Below are positions 49,521-58,049 of a stretch of DNA of 59,660 nt, one piece after another (position 1 is the stretch's first letter; every line of letters begins with the position of its first letter). The stretch spans positions 1-59,660 of the forward strand of contig JAFWTH010000050.1 in assembly GCA_017518975.1 (NCBI GenBank). The letters run 5' to 3'. This stretch comes from Clostridia bacterium. GTDB lineage: Bacteria; Bacillota; Clostridia; Oscillospirales; CAG-272. The translations under genes were made by a program, and so were the position numbers. The notes under the pieces are model-generated. The model searched no databases. It had not been told where the DNA came from and worked only from the letters and a program-made list of their open reading frames with translations.

Positions 49521-52238
49521 ATGAACGACGGTATATCTTTCGGAAAAAGAGAGGAAAGGCGGAGCCCGGATCGCACGGCGTTCGCGCCGCGCACGGGAGG
49601 TCTGACGGAAGCCGAGGCGGAGGAGTCTCGCCGTCTTTGGGGCAGAAACGAACTGACCCGTAAGAAAAAGCCGTCGCTTGCCGCTGACTTCTTCCGCAAT
49701 CTTTCCGACCCGATAATAAGGATTCTCCTTTGCGCCATGGGAATTAACGCGGCGCTCACTTTCAGAAATATCAACTGGGTCGAGATGGGCGGGATCGCGT
49801 TTACCGTGCTCACCGCCACGCTCGTTTCAACGATATCCGAACACTCGTCTTCTGCGGCGTTCGAAAAACTGGAGCGGGAGACGAAAACGGCGGAATTCAC
49901 CGTGATACGGGACGGAGAGTCAAGGCGCGTACCGTCCGGCGACGTCGTAAAAGGGGATCTGATCGTCCTCGCCGCCGGGCAGGTCGTGCCGTGCGACGGA
50001 GTGGTCGTCGACGGCGTCGTGAAGGTCGATCAGTCCTCTCTGACCGGCGAATCCCGTCCCGCGGAGAAAAAGCCGTCCGCCTCGCCCGGAGAAAAGATCA
50101 AGGCGGGCGGAGGGGACGCCGCCGATCCCGGACTCGTGCTCGCGGGATCGAGCGTCGTTTACGGGGAATGCCGCGCCGTCGCCGTCGCCGTCGGAGACGC
50201 GACGGCATACGGGAAGATCGCATCGGAGCTTCAGGTGCGCGAGGAGCCCAGCCCGCTCAAGGAAAGACTGAAAAAACTCGCCGTTTCGATCAGCAAAATC
50301 GGATACGCGGCGGCGGCGGTCGTCGCCCTCGCGTATATTTTCAACGAGTTCGTGATCGGCGCGGGATTCGATCCCGCCGTGATAGGCGCGCGCTTGTCGG
50401 ACTTGCGGTTTCTCTCGTCGACTCTTCTCCGCGCGCTTACGGTAGCCGTTTCGGTCGTAGTCGTCGCCGTTCCCGAGGGACTTCCGATGATGATAACGGT
50501 CGTGCTTTCCGCAAATATGAAAAAGATGATGAAAAACGGCGTCATCGTGAAAAAACTTGTGGGGATCGAGACGGCGGGAAATATGAGTCTGCTTTTTACA
50601 GACAAGACGGGGACTCTGACGACCGGGAGGATGACCGCAGAACGCGTTCTCACGGGAGACGGATCGTTCACGCCCGGGGAGGTAAAAAGACAGGCGGGGG
50701 TATTCCGGTATATCGCCGCCGCGGCGGCGTTCTGCTCCCCGCCGGACGGCGGGAACGCGACGGGGAGGGCGGCGGACTCCGTGGCGGGAGCCGCTCGCCC
50801 GTCGGGAATGAGGGGGATATCCCGCCTGCCGTTCGATTCCGCCCGGAAATACGCCGCCGCGCTCGTTTACGACGAAAAGGCGGGAGAAGCCAGGACGCTC
50901 ATACGGGGCGCTCCGGAACTCGTCATTCCGCGCTGTTCATCGTTTACCGCGGCGGACGGGACGTCCCTGCCTCTGCGCGAAAAGGGTTCCGCGGCGATCG
51001 CCTCGGAGATAGCCGGGGAGGAGGGGGACGCGGTGCGAGTTCTCGCTCAGGCGACCGGACCCGCCGACGCATATGAAAAACTCACGCGTGGTGAGATCCC
51101 GGGCGGCCTGTGCTTCACGTGCGCCTTTTTTATAAAGGACGAGATAAGAAAAACGATCCGCGCCTCGGCGGACGAGTGCCGAGAAGCGGGGATCAAGGTT
51201 ATAATGATAACGGGGGACGGAAAAAACACCGCCTGCGCGGTCGCGGAAGCGGCGGGCCTTCTCCCGAGACGGCGGCGGGACGACTCCGCGGTGCTGTCGT
51301 CCGTACAAATCGGGGCGATGAGCGACGAGGCGCTTGCCGCCGCGCTTCCGGGGATATCGGTCATATACCGCGTCACGCCCGGGGACAAAAGCCGTCTCGT
51401 CAGAGCGGCGCGTCTCGCGGGTCACGTAGTCGGGATGACGGGCGACGGGGTGAACGACGCCCCCGCGCTCCGCGCGGCGGACGTCGGATTCGCTATGGGG
51501 AGCGGAGCGGAAGTTGCCAAAGAGGCGGGCGACGTCGTGATCTCGGACGACGATTTTTCGTCGATCACACGCGCCGTTCTTTACGGCAGGACGATCTTCG
51601 AGAGCATACGGAAATTCATAACCTTTCAGCTCATAATGAACCTCTGCGCGGTCGGCGTCTCGGTGATCGGACCGCTGATCGGAGTCAAGACGCCAATCAC
51701 GATCCCGCAGATGCTGTGGATCAACGTAATAATGGACACGCTCGGTTCTCTCGCTTTCGCGGGAGAAGCTCCGAGGAAGTCCTTCATGAAGCGCGCGCCG
51801 CGCAGACGGGAGGAACCGATCCTCTCCCGGGACACGGTCAGGACGATCGTCTCGCGCGGGCTTTATTCTCTCTCTTTTTTCGTGTGGTTCCTGACTTCTC
51901 ACTTCACAAAGGAGCGTTTCGGGGACGGGGATAAGGAATTTCTCACGGCGTTTTTCGCGCTGTTCGTCTTTTTCGGGATCGCGAACGCGATGATCGCCCG
52001 GTGCGACAGGATAAATATCCTTGCGGGGATGTTTTCGAACGCGCCGTTTGTCCTCATAATGGCGCTCGTCGCGACGGTCCAGCTTTTGCTGATCGGATTC
52101 GGCGGAGAGGCGTTCCGTACCGTTCCGCTGTCCCGGGGCGATCTTTTGCTCACCGCCGCCTTCGCCGTCACCGTCTTTCCGGCGGATCTTGTTTTCAAAC
52201 TGTTCCGTATGCGCCGAAGGCGCAAAAATACGGCGTAA
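49521..52238 (+). CDS. Cation-transporting P-type ATPase (P2, Ca2+-type)
   Basis: DKTGTLT, TGDGKNTA, MTGDGVNDAPAL motifs and a cation-ATPase N-terminal domain. Confidence 0.92.
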   Translation: MNDGISFGKREERRSPDRTAFAPRTGGLTEAEAEESRRLWGRNELTRKKKPSLAADFFRNLSDPIIRILLCAMGINAALTFRNINWVEMGGIAFTVLTATLVSTISEHSSSAAFEKLERETKTAEFTVIRDGESRRVPSGDVVKGDLIVLAAGQVVPCDGVVVDGVVKVDQSSLTGESRPAEKKPSASPGEKIKAGGGDAADPGLVLAGSSVVYGECRAVAVAVGDATAYGKIASELQVREEPSPLKERLKKLAVSISKIGYAAAAVVALAYIFNEFVIGAGFDPAVIGARLSDLRFLSSTLLRALTVAVSVVVVAVPEGLPMMITVVLSANMKKMMKNGVIVKKLVGIETAGNMSLLFTDKTGTLTTGRMTAERVLTGDGSFTPGEVKRQAGVFRYIAAAAAFCSPPDGGNATGRAADSVAGAARPSGMRGISRLPFDSARKYAAALVYDEKAGEARTLIRGAPELVIPRCSSFTAADGTSLPLREKGSAAIASEIAGEEGDAVRVLAQATGPADAYEKLTRGEIPGGLCFTCAFFIKDEIRKTIRASADECREAGIKVIMITGDGKNTACAVAEAAGLLPRRRRDDSAVLSSVQIGAMSDEALAAALPGISVIYRVTPGDKSRLVRAARLAGHVVGMTGDGVNDAPALRAADVGFAMGSGAEVAKEAGDVVISDDDFSSITRAVLYGRTIFESIRKFITFQLIMNLCAVGVSVIGPLIGVKTPITIPQMLWINVIMDTLGSLAFAGEAPRKSFMKRAPRRREEPILSRDTVRTIVSRGLYSLSFFVWFLTSHFTKERFGDGDKEFLTAFFALFVFFGIANAMIARCDRINILAGMFSNAPFVLIMALVATVQLLLIGFGGEAFRTVPLSRGDLLLTAAFAVTVFPADLVFKLFRMRRRRKNTA

Positions 52239-52380
52239 GCCGTATATCATACCGTGCGGAGCGCGGTATATCATTCGCCGTCAGGCGTATATCATGCCCG
52301 CCCATTTCGGGGGCGGGTATATCATTTTTCGGTTTCTTCATCAACGCCGCCGTAGGGAGGCATCCCTTTGATGCCTCCGT
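52231..52380 (+). repeat. Hairpin array 5 (TATATCAT linkers), left inverted repeat of the AMP-ligase islet
   Basis: tatatcat at 52244, 52268, 52289 and 52319. Hairpins are acggc-gtaa-gccgt, accgtgc-gga-gcgcggt, cgcc-gtca-ggcg, cccgccc-atttc-gggggcggg and ggaggcatc-ccttt-gatgcctcc (52357-52379). Confidence 0.75.
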
Positions 52381-52445
52381 GAAAGATATGCGGTATCGTT
52401 ATTTACGGTCTGTAGGGTTGCCTCTCAGGCAACCGCAAATTACTG

Positions 52446-52651
52446 TTGATTTTTCTCGCACGATATGCTAAACTGAACCTGCGACACAAACGAATATTTC
52501 TTTGCGTAAGTGTGTATTTTTACTAACGGTAAAAATGCATGCTCCTTATGCATACTTATGCAAAGGAATCGTTTGTGTCGCAGCAACGAAGCAATGCATT
52601 TTTCGGTGCGTGGCTTCGGCTGCGCACTTTTTTATTGTGAGGAAAGAAAAA
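52446..52651 (+). promoter_or_regulatory. Promoter plus structured leader element A with terminator (attenuator/riboswitch-like)
   Basis: TTGATT (52446), 17 nt, TAAACT (52469). 15-bp helix 52479-52493/52569-52583. Inner helix 52500-52510/52555-52565. Hairpins at 52516-52536 and 52535-52553. UUCG-loop terminator 52606-52627 + U6. RBS gaggaaag at 52639. Confidence 0.65.
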
Positions 52652-54391
52652 ATGGCAGAAAACATTATGAAAGAAGTAAAATTTATAGACTACTATAACG
52701 GAGCGATAGAAAAAAGCGATTCTTTACCCAAAGGGAACGAATATGATTTTTTGCTTGAGAGAAATAAATCTCATATGCGCGAAACGGCATTAACCTTCGG
52801 GAAAAAGAATATTTCTTTTGAAGAGTTACACGAAAAGATTGACGAGTACGCCAGAGCTCTTTATCATTACGGGGTTAGAAAGGGAGACTATATCGGCGTA
52901 TGTGTTGCCAATACTCCCGAATCCGTCTACTTGGTTTACGCTCTTAACAAATTAGGCGCTGTAATGGTGGGCTTGAGTCCATTGAATAACGAATACAAAA
53001 TGGTTCGAGATATCGAATTGACGCAACCGAAAATGATTTTTACATTGGATTTTATGTATTCAACAATCAAGAAAGCATGTGCAGAATACAGTATAAAACC
53101 AATTCTTTACTCGCCGTTGCTTTCAATTAAGAATCCAATTATAAAGGGACTATATAATTTTAAGCAACACAAAGAAGGTAACCTCCTTTCATCAAAAGAA
53201 AACCGACTGGATAAAATCATCAAAAGCGACAAGTTATCAAACGTTGAGTATTCAAAACATATTAACGGAACATGTACTAACATAATGTTTACCGGCGGAA
53301 GCAGCGGAGTGCATAAAGGAGTTATGCTCGACGGCAACGGCCTGAATTGTGTCGTAAAAGCACTCGACCATGTTTTGGTTTTAGAACCTGGAATGGTTCA
53401 TCTGGGAAATATCCCTTTCGGACATATGTGTTTCGGAAGATTGGTGTTGCATTACGTTCTATGTAAAAACGCTACATATGCATTAACACTCAAAGCAATG
53501 CCTCAAGATTTTTTAGATGAAATGATAAGAGTTCATGCAAACGGCGCAATGGGAGGACCGGTGCATTGGGAAGCACTTATTGATAATCCAAAATTGAAAA
53601 AAGGGTGCTTGGGTGAATTGATCCAGCCTTTATCCGGGGGCGAATTGTTTAAACCTCAGAGACTTAAACAAGCAAATGAAGCAATTAAACATGCAGGTTG
53701 CAAAGCAGAGATCGGTAACGGTCTTGGATCTACCGAAATGTGGGCTCCGACACATGTATGCGTTGGAGGACGAAATACCTCCGGGACCATAGGATATGAA
53801 TTACCTTTTGTCCATTCAAAAATTGTTGATCCAATAACATTTGAAGAAGTTCACGACGGGGAAAACGGATTACTGCTTGTCAACGGTCCGGGAATGATGT
53901 TGGGATATTTTAAAAACGAGAAAGAAACAGAATCGGTTTTTTGTTTTGACGAAAGCGGAACAAAATGGTATAACACAAAGGATATCGTGAGAAAGCTACC
54001 GACCGATGAATATGAGTACATAGGTCGTATAAAAAGGAACTTCGTTTCAGGCGTTGACAATATTTACCCAGAACAAATAGAACAACTGTTAATACAGATA
54101 CCTGAAATTCGAGAAGTTGCAGTTACGCCGATTCCTGATGAGAATGAACAGCATTTGCCTAAATATCATATCAGATTGTCTGAGGAGAATTGCGATAAAG
54201 CGAAAACTGAAGCAAGTATTGTTTCGATAGTTGAATCAACTTTGGGAAGAACGGCTGTGCCTGGTTATATTGAATACTATGATAAACCATTGCCTCGAAC
54301 AGATAACGGAAAACTAGATGTTACATTGCTTAGCCAAAAAGATATAGACTCTATCCAGGATAAAGACCGGTATAGAACTGCTTTCAGATGA
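52652..54391 (+). CDS. ANL-superfamily adenylate-forming enzyme (AMP-dependent synthetase/ligase)
   Basis: FTGGSSGVHKGV (AMP-binding core motif), GNGLGSTEM, YNTKD...GRIKR. About 35 % GC versus ~58 % in the flanks. Confidence 0.85.
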   Translation: MAENIMKEVKFIDYYNGAIEKSDSLPKGNEYDFLLERNKSHMRETALTFGKKNISFEELHEKIDEYARALYHYGVRKGDYIGVCVANTPESVYLVYALNKLGAVMVGLSPLNNEYKMVRDIELTQPKMIFTLDFMYSTIKKACAEYSIKPILYSPLLSIKNPIIKGLYNFKQHKEGNLLSSKENRLDKIIKSDKLSNVEYSKHINGTCTNIMFTGGSSGVHKGVMLDGNGLNCVVKALDHVLVLEPGMVHLGNIPFGHMCFGRLVLHYVLCKNATYALTLKAMPQDFLDEMIRVHANGAMGGPVHWEALIDNPKLKKGCLGELIQPLSGGELFKPQRLKQANEAIKHAGCKAEIGNGLGSTEMWAPTHVCVGGRNTSGTIGYELPFVHSKIVDPITFEEVHDGENGLLLVNGPGMMLGYFKNEKETESVFCFDESGTKWYNTKDIVRKLPTDEYEYIGRIKRNFVSGVDNIYPEQIEQLLIQIPEIREVAVTPIPDENEQHLPKYHIRLSEENCDKAKTEASIVSIVESTLGRTAVPGYIEYYDKPLPRTDNGKLDVTLLSQKDIDSIQDKDRYRTAFR

Positions 54392-54464
54392 TTCCAAAAA
54401 ACAATTATTCGGTTTGGGTAAGATCGTACGGCAAAGCAAGTCACAAAAGCAATTCCCATTTTGA

Positions 54465-54495
54465 AGTTGCGTCATTTCCGGCGCAACTTTTTATT
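54465..54495 (+). terminator. Intrinsic terminator of the AMP-ligase gene
   Basis: agttgcg-(10-nt loop)-cgcaact followed by tttttatttt. Confidence 0.6.
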
Positions 54496-54581
54496 TTACG
54501 CCCTTTATAATTACGAAAGGGTTTTAAGTGCCTAAGACAATTAAGATGCGGAGGGCTGAGAGCCCTCCCCCTATAGGCTCA

Positions 54582-54776
54582 AATGAAGAAACCGGACCTT
54601 TGGAGACGGAGGCATCAAAGGGATGCCTCCCTACGGCGGTATCAATAAAGATCCCGCCAAAATGATATACCCGCCCCCGAAAGGGGCGGGTATGGTATCC
54701 CGCTTGGGCGGGATGATATACTCCTTCGGAGTATGATATACCGCTGACGCGGTATGAGATACTGCCTGCGGCAGTA
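54582..54776 (-). repeat. Hairpin array 6 (TATATCAT linkers, minus-strand reading), right inverted repeat of the islet
   Basis: atgatata on the + strand at 54662, 54713 and 54733, with variants at 54754. ggaggcatc-aaagg-gatgcctcc at 54609-54631. cccgccccc-gaaa-ggggcggg. Inverted copy of 52296-52380. Confidence 0.75.
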
Positions 54777-57404
54777 TTATTCTCCCAGCGCCGCGAGCGC
54801 GGCGGTGATGCCGTCCTTCTTTTCGGTGAACTTCGCAAGCTTGACGCGCTCCGCGTCGACGACGGCGGCGGGCGCTTTCTCGGTGAAGCCCTTATTGGAC
54901 AGTTTGCCTTCGACGCGGGCGATCTCGGCGTTCACTTTATCGAGTTCCGCGCGCAGACGCGCCTTCTCCTCTTCCGGATCGACGAGATCCGTCATGGGGA
55001 TGAAGACCGTCGCGCTGTCGGTGACGATGCGGACGGAGCCGGACTCCGAGTGATCGCTCACGATATCAAGCGAGGACGCTCCGGCTAGACGTTTGAAGAA
55101 TTCTTCCGTTCCCTCGAACGCCTTCGGGTACTTCGTTGCGATGAAGAGCGACGTTCTGCGCGACGGCTTGACGCCCATCTCCGCGCGGCGCTGTCTGATC
55201 GCGCCGATGGCGGCGATCACGCGCTCCATATCCTCCGCCTCGGAGGGGAACGACGGGATGTTTCCCGCGACGGGGTAATCCTTCACCATGATATATCCTT
55301 CCTCGCCCGGAAGACCCGAATAGATCTCTTCGGTGATGAAGGGCATGAACGGATGAAGGAGCTTCAGCGTCTCGCGCAGTACGTACGCCAGCACGTTCTG
55401 CGCGGTCTGTGATCTTTCCTTATCCTCTCCGGAGACCGATTTCTTCGACAACTCGATGTACCAGTCGCAGTATTCGTCCCAGATGAAGTCGTAGATCGCC
55501 GAGAGCGCGACGCCGATCTCGTAGTTTTCGAGGTTGCTCTCTGCGGCAGCGGCGGCAGCGGACAGTTTCGTGAGGATCCACTTGTCCTCCGGCGCAAGTT
55601 TTTCGGCGTCGGGCAGTTCGATCCGGTCGATATCGAGGTTCATCATCACGAAGCGCGCCGCGTTCCACAGCTTGTTCGCGAAGTTGCGCGCCGCCTCGAT
55701 CTTCTCGTCCGAGAAGCGCATATCGTTTCCGGGGCTGTTGCCCGTGGCGAGAGCGAAGCGGAGGGCGTCCGCGCCGTATTTGTCGATGATCTCGAGCGGG
55801 TCGATGCCGTTGCCGAGCGATTTCGACATCTTTCTGCCCTGCGCGTCGCGCACGAGACCGTGGATCAGTACGGTGTCGAACGGGATCCTGCCCGTGTACT
55901 CAAGCGAGGAGAAGATCATACGGGAGACCCAGAAGGTGATGATATCGTAGCCCGTGACGAGCGTGTTCGTTGGAAAGAACCGTTTGAGATCGGCGGCTTC
56001 CGTATCCGGCCAGCCCATCGTCGAGAAGGGCCAGAGAGCGGATGAGAACCAGGTGTCGAGCGTATCGGGGTCCTGATGCATCGAGCCGCCGCAGTCGGGA
56101 CAGCGGTCGGGAGCGGTCTTCGATACGACCGTCTTTCCGCACTTGTCGCAGTAGTAGGCGGGGATCCTGTGACCCCACCAGAGCTGTCGGGAGATACACC
56201 AGTCGCGGATATTCTCCATCCAGTGGAAGTAGTTCTTTGAGAAGCGTTCGGGGACGAATCTGATCTCACCTGAGCGGACCGCCTCGATCGCCGGGCCGGC
56301 GAGGGGCGCCATTTTGACGAACCACTGCAGAGACGCGCGCGGTTCGACCGTCGTTCCGCAGCGGTAGCAGGTGCCGACGTTGTGGACGTGATCCTCGACG
56401 GAGACGAGGAAGCCGCCCGCCTCGAGATCGCGCACGATTGCTTTGCGCGCCTCGTAGCGGTCCATTCCGGCGTACGCCGGGTAGTCGTCCGTGATCTTCG
56501 CGTCGGGCGTCATAACGTTGACGATCGGCAGATCGTGGCGACGGCCGACCTCAAAGTCGTTCGGGTCGTGCGCGGGCGTGATCTTGACGACGCCTGTACC
56601 GAATTCGATATCGACGTAATTGTCGGCGACGACGGGGATCCGTCTGCCGACGAGCGGCAGGATCAGCGTTTTGCCGACGAGATCCTTATATCTCTCGTCG
56701 TTCGGGTTCACCGCGACCGCCGTGTCGCCCAGAAGCGTCTCCGGGCGGGTCGTCGCGAGTTCGACGAAGCCGGAACCGTCCTCGAACGGGTAGCGCAGAT
56801 GCCAGAAATGACCGGGCTGTTCCTCGTATTCGACCTCCGCGTCGGAGATCGAGGTGAGGCAGTGCGGGCACCAGTTGATTATGCGCTCGCCGCGGTAGAT
56901 GAGGCCCTTGTCGTAAAGACGGGTGAAGACCTCGAGGACCGCCTCGGAGCAGCCCTCGTCGAGGGTGAAGCGCTCGCGCGACCAGTCGCAGGAAGAGCCC
57001 ATCTTCTTGAGCTGTTCGATTATCCTGCCGCCGTATTTACGGCGCCATTCCCACGCGCGCTCGAGGAATCCGTCTCTGCCTACGTCGTCCTTCGTCAGTC
57101 CCTCTTTTTTCATTGCCTCGACGATCTTCGCCTCCGTCGCGATCGACGCGTGGTCGGTGCCCGGGAGCCAGAGGGTGGATATCCCTTTCATCCTCTTGTG
57201 GCGGATGAGGATATCCTGAAGCGTGTTGTCGAGGGCGTGACCCATGTGGAGCTGACCCGTGATGTTCGGCGGCGGGATGACGATCGAATAGTGACCCTTC
57301 GACATGTCGTCCGACGGGGCGAAAAGGCCCTTTTCCGACCACTCAGAGTATATCCTGTCCTCGAACGAGGCGGGGTCGTATGTCTTCGGAAGTTCTTTTT
57401 TCAT
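54777..57404 (-). CDS. valS: Valine--tRNA ligase
   Basis: 875 aa, HMGH (PNITGQLHMGHAL) and KMSKS motifs, C-terminal coiled coil. Confidence 0.97.
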   Translation of the reverse strand: MKKELPKTYDPASFEDRIYSEWSEKGLFAPSDDMSKGHYSIVIPPPNITGQLHMGHALDNTLQDILIRHKRMKGISTLWLPGTDHASIATEAKIVEAMKKEGLTKDDVGRDGFLERAWEWRRKYGGRIIEQLKKMGSSCDWSRERFTLDEGCSEAVLEVFTRLYDKGLIYRGERIINWCPHCLTSISDAEVEYEEQPGHFWHLRYPFEDGSGFVELATTRPETLLGDTAVAVNPNDERYKDLVGKTLILPLVGRRIPVVADNYVDIEFGTGVVKITPAHDPNDFEVGRRHDLPIVNVMTPDAKITDDYPAYAGMDRYEARKAIVRDLEAGGFLVSVEDHVHNVGTCYRCGTTVEPRASLQWFVKMAPLAGPAIEAVRSGEIRFVPERFSKNYFHWMENIRDWCISRQLWWGHRIPAYYCDKCGKTVVSKTAPDRCPDCGGSMHQDPDTLDTWFSSALWPFSTMGWPDTEAADLKRFFPTNTLVTGYDIITFWVSRMIFSSLEYTGRIPFDTVLIHGLVRDAQGRKMSKSLGNGIDPLEIIDKYGADALRFALATGNSPGNDMRFSDEKIEAARNFANKLWNAARFVMMNLDIDRIELPDAEKLAPEDKWILTKLSAAAAAAESNLENYEIGVALSAIYDFIWDEYCDWYIELSKKSVSGEDKERSQTAQNVLAYVLRETLKLLHPFMPFITEEIYSGLPGEEGYIMVKDYPVAGNIPSFPSEAEDMERVIAAIGAIRQRRAEMGVKPSRRTSLFIATKYPKAFEGTEEFFKRLAGASSLDIVSDHSESGSVRIVTDSATVFIPMTDLVDPEEEKARLRAELDKVNAEIARVEGKLSNKGFTEKAPAAVVDAERVKLAKFTEKKDGITAALAALGE

Positions 57405-57430
57405 AATAATCTCCCTTCATATTTTCAAAT

Positions 57431-57700
57431 AAAAAAGCGTCCGGATCGGAAGATCAGGACGCGAAAACGCGCGGTACCACCTGAATTCGCTCTTCCCAGA
57501 GGGGAAAAACGCGGCTTTACTGTCTGTAACGAGGGCTGTCGGCGGAAACTGAGGGCGCAAGCCCGTTCATCCCCGCGGCTCCCGGGCGACATCCCGCGGC
57601 CTCCTCTGCGGCGATCGCACCGTCCGCCGCTCTCTTGGAGAGGATCCTGCCGTGAAAACTCCCGTTCAACGCCGTTAAAAAATAAAAGGCGGAACAAACC
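57431..57700 (-). promoter_or_regulatory. T-box leader of valS
   Basis: Minus-strand AGAGAG / GGTGCGA stem I elements. T-box sequence aattcaGGTGGTACCGCGcg (57465-57484). Terminator gcgtcc...ggacgc + U6 (57462-57431). Confidence 0.85.
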
Positions 57701-57718
57701 ACCGTAGTTGAATTATAA

Positions 57719-57794
57719 GGGTGAATGATGGGGCTCGAACCCACGACCTCCAGGGCCACAACCTGGCGCTCTAGCCAACTGAGCTACATCCACC
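57719..57794 (-). tRNA. tRNA-His (GTG)
   Basis: Cloverleaf folded by hand. Extra G-1 paired with C73. Anticodon loop TTGTGGC. Confidence 0.9.
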
Positions 57795-57829
57795 ATGGGT
57801 CGAGGAGCTCGGATCGCGATCTCCCCGGA

Positions 57830-57903
57830 CGTACCTTGGGGGATTCGAACCCTCGACCTACTGCTTAGAAGGCAGTTGCTCTATCCTGCTGAGCTAAAGG
57901 TAC
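57830..57903 (-). tRNA. tRNA-Arg (TCT)
   Basis: Acceptor GTACCTT/AAGGTAC. Anticodon stem ACTGC/GCAGT, loop CTTCTAA. One A-C mismatch in the T stem. Confidence 0.85.
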
Positions 57904-57977
57904 TGGAGCGGGTGATGGGAATCGAACCCACATGACCAGCTTGGAAGGCTGGTGTTCTACCACTGAACTACACCCGC
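57904..57977 (-). tRNA. tRNA-Gly (TCC), CCA encoded
   Basis: Acceptor GCGGGTG/CACCCGC, anticodon loop CTTCCAA, T-loop TTCGATT. Abuts tRNA-Arg with no spacer. Confidence 0.9.
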
Positions 57978-57991
57978 GTGCCGTGCATTAT

Positions 57992-58020
57992 ATGATAACA
58001 TCCCTTTTTTTGTTTGTCAA
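57992..58020 (-). promoter_or_regulatory. Promoter of the tRNA Gly-Arg-His cluster
   Basis: Minus-strand TTGACA (58020-58015), 17 nt, TATCAT (57997-57992). Confidence 0.6.
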
Positions 58021-58049
58021 GAGAAAAAATCAAAAAAATCGGCCGCGTG

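Noticed and set aside
52535-52651. In-frame upstream extension of the AMP-ligase ORF (MHAPYAYLCKGIVCVAATKQCIFRCVASAAHFFIVRKEK), considered as a Cys-rich leader peptide or fused N-terminus.
   Set aside because: No RBS precedes that ATG. The stretch coincides with the RNA helices and an intrinsic terminator. A strong RBS precedes ATG 52652.
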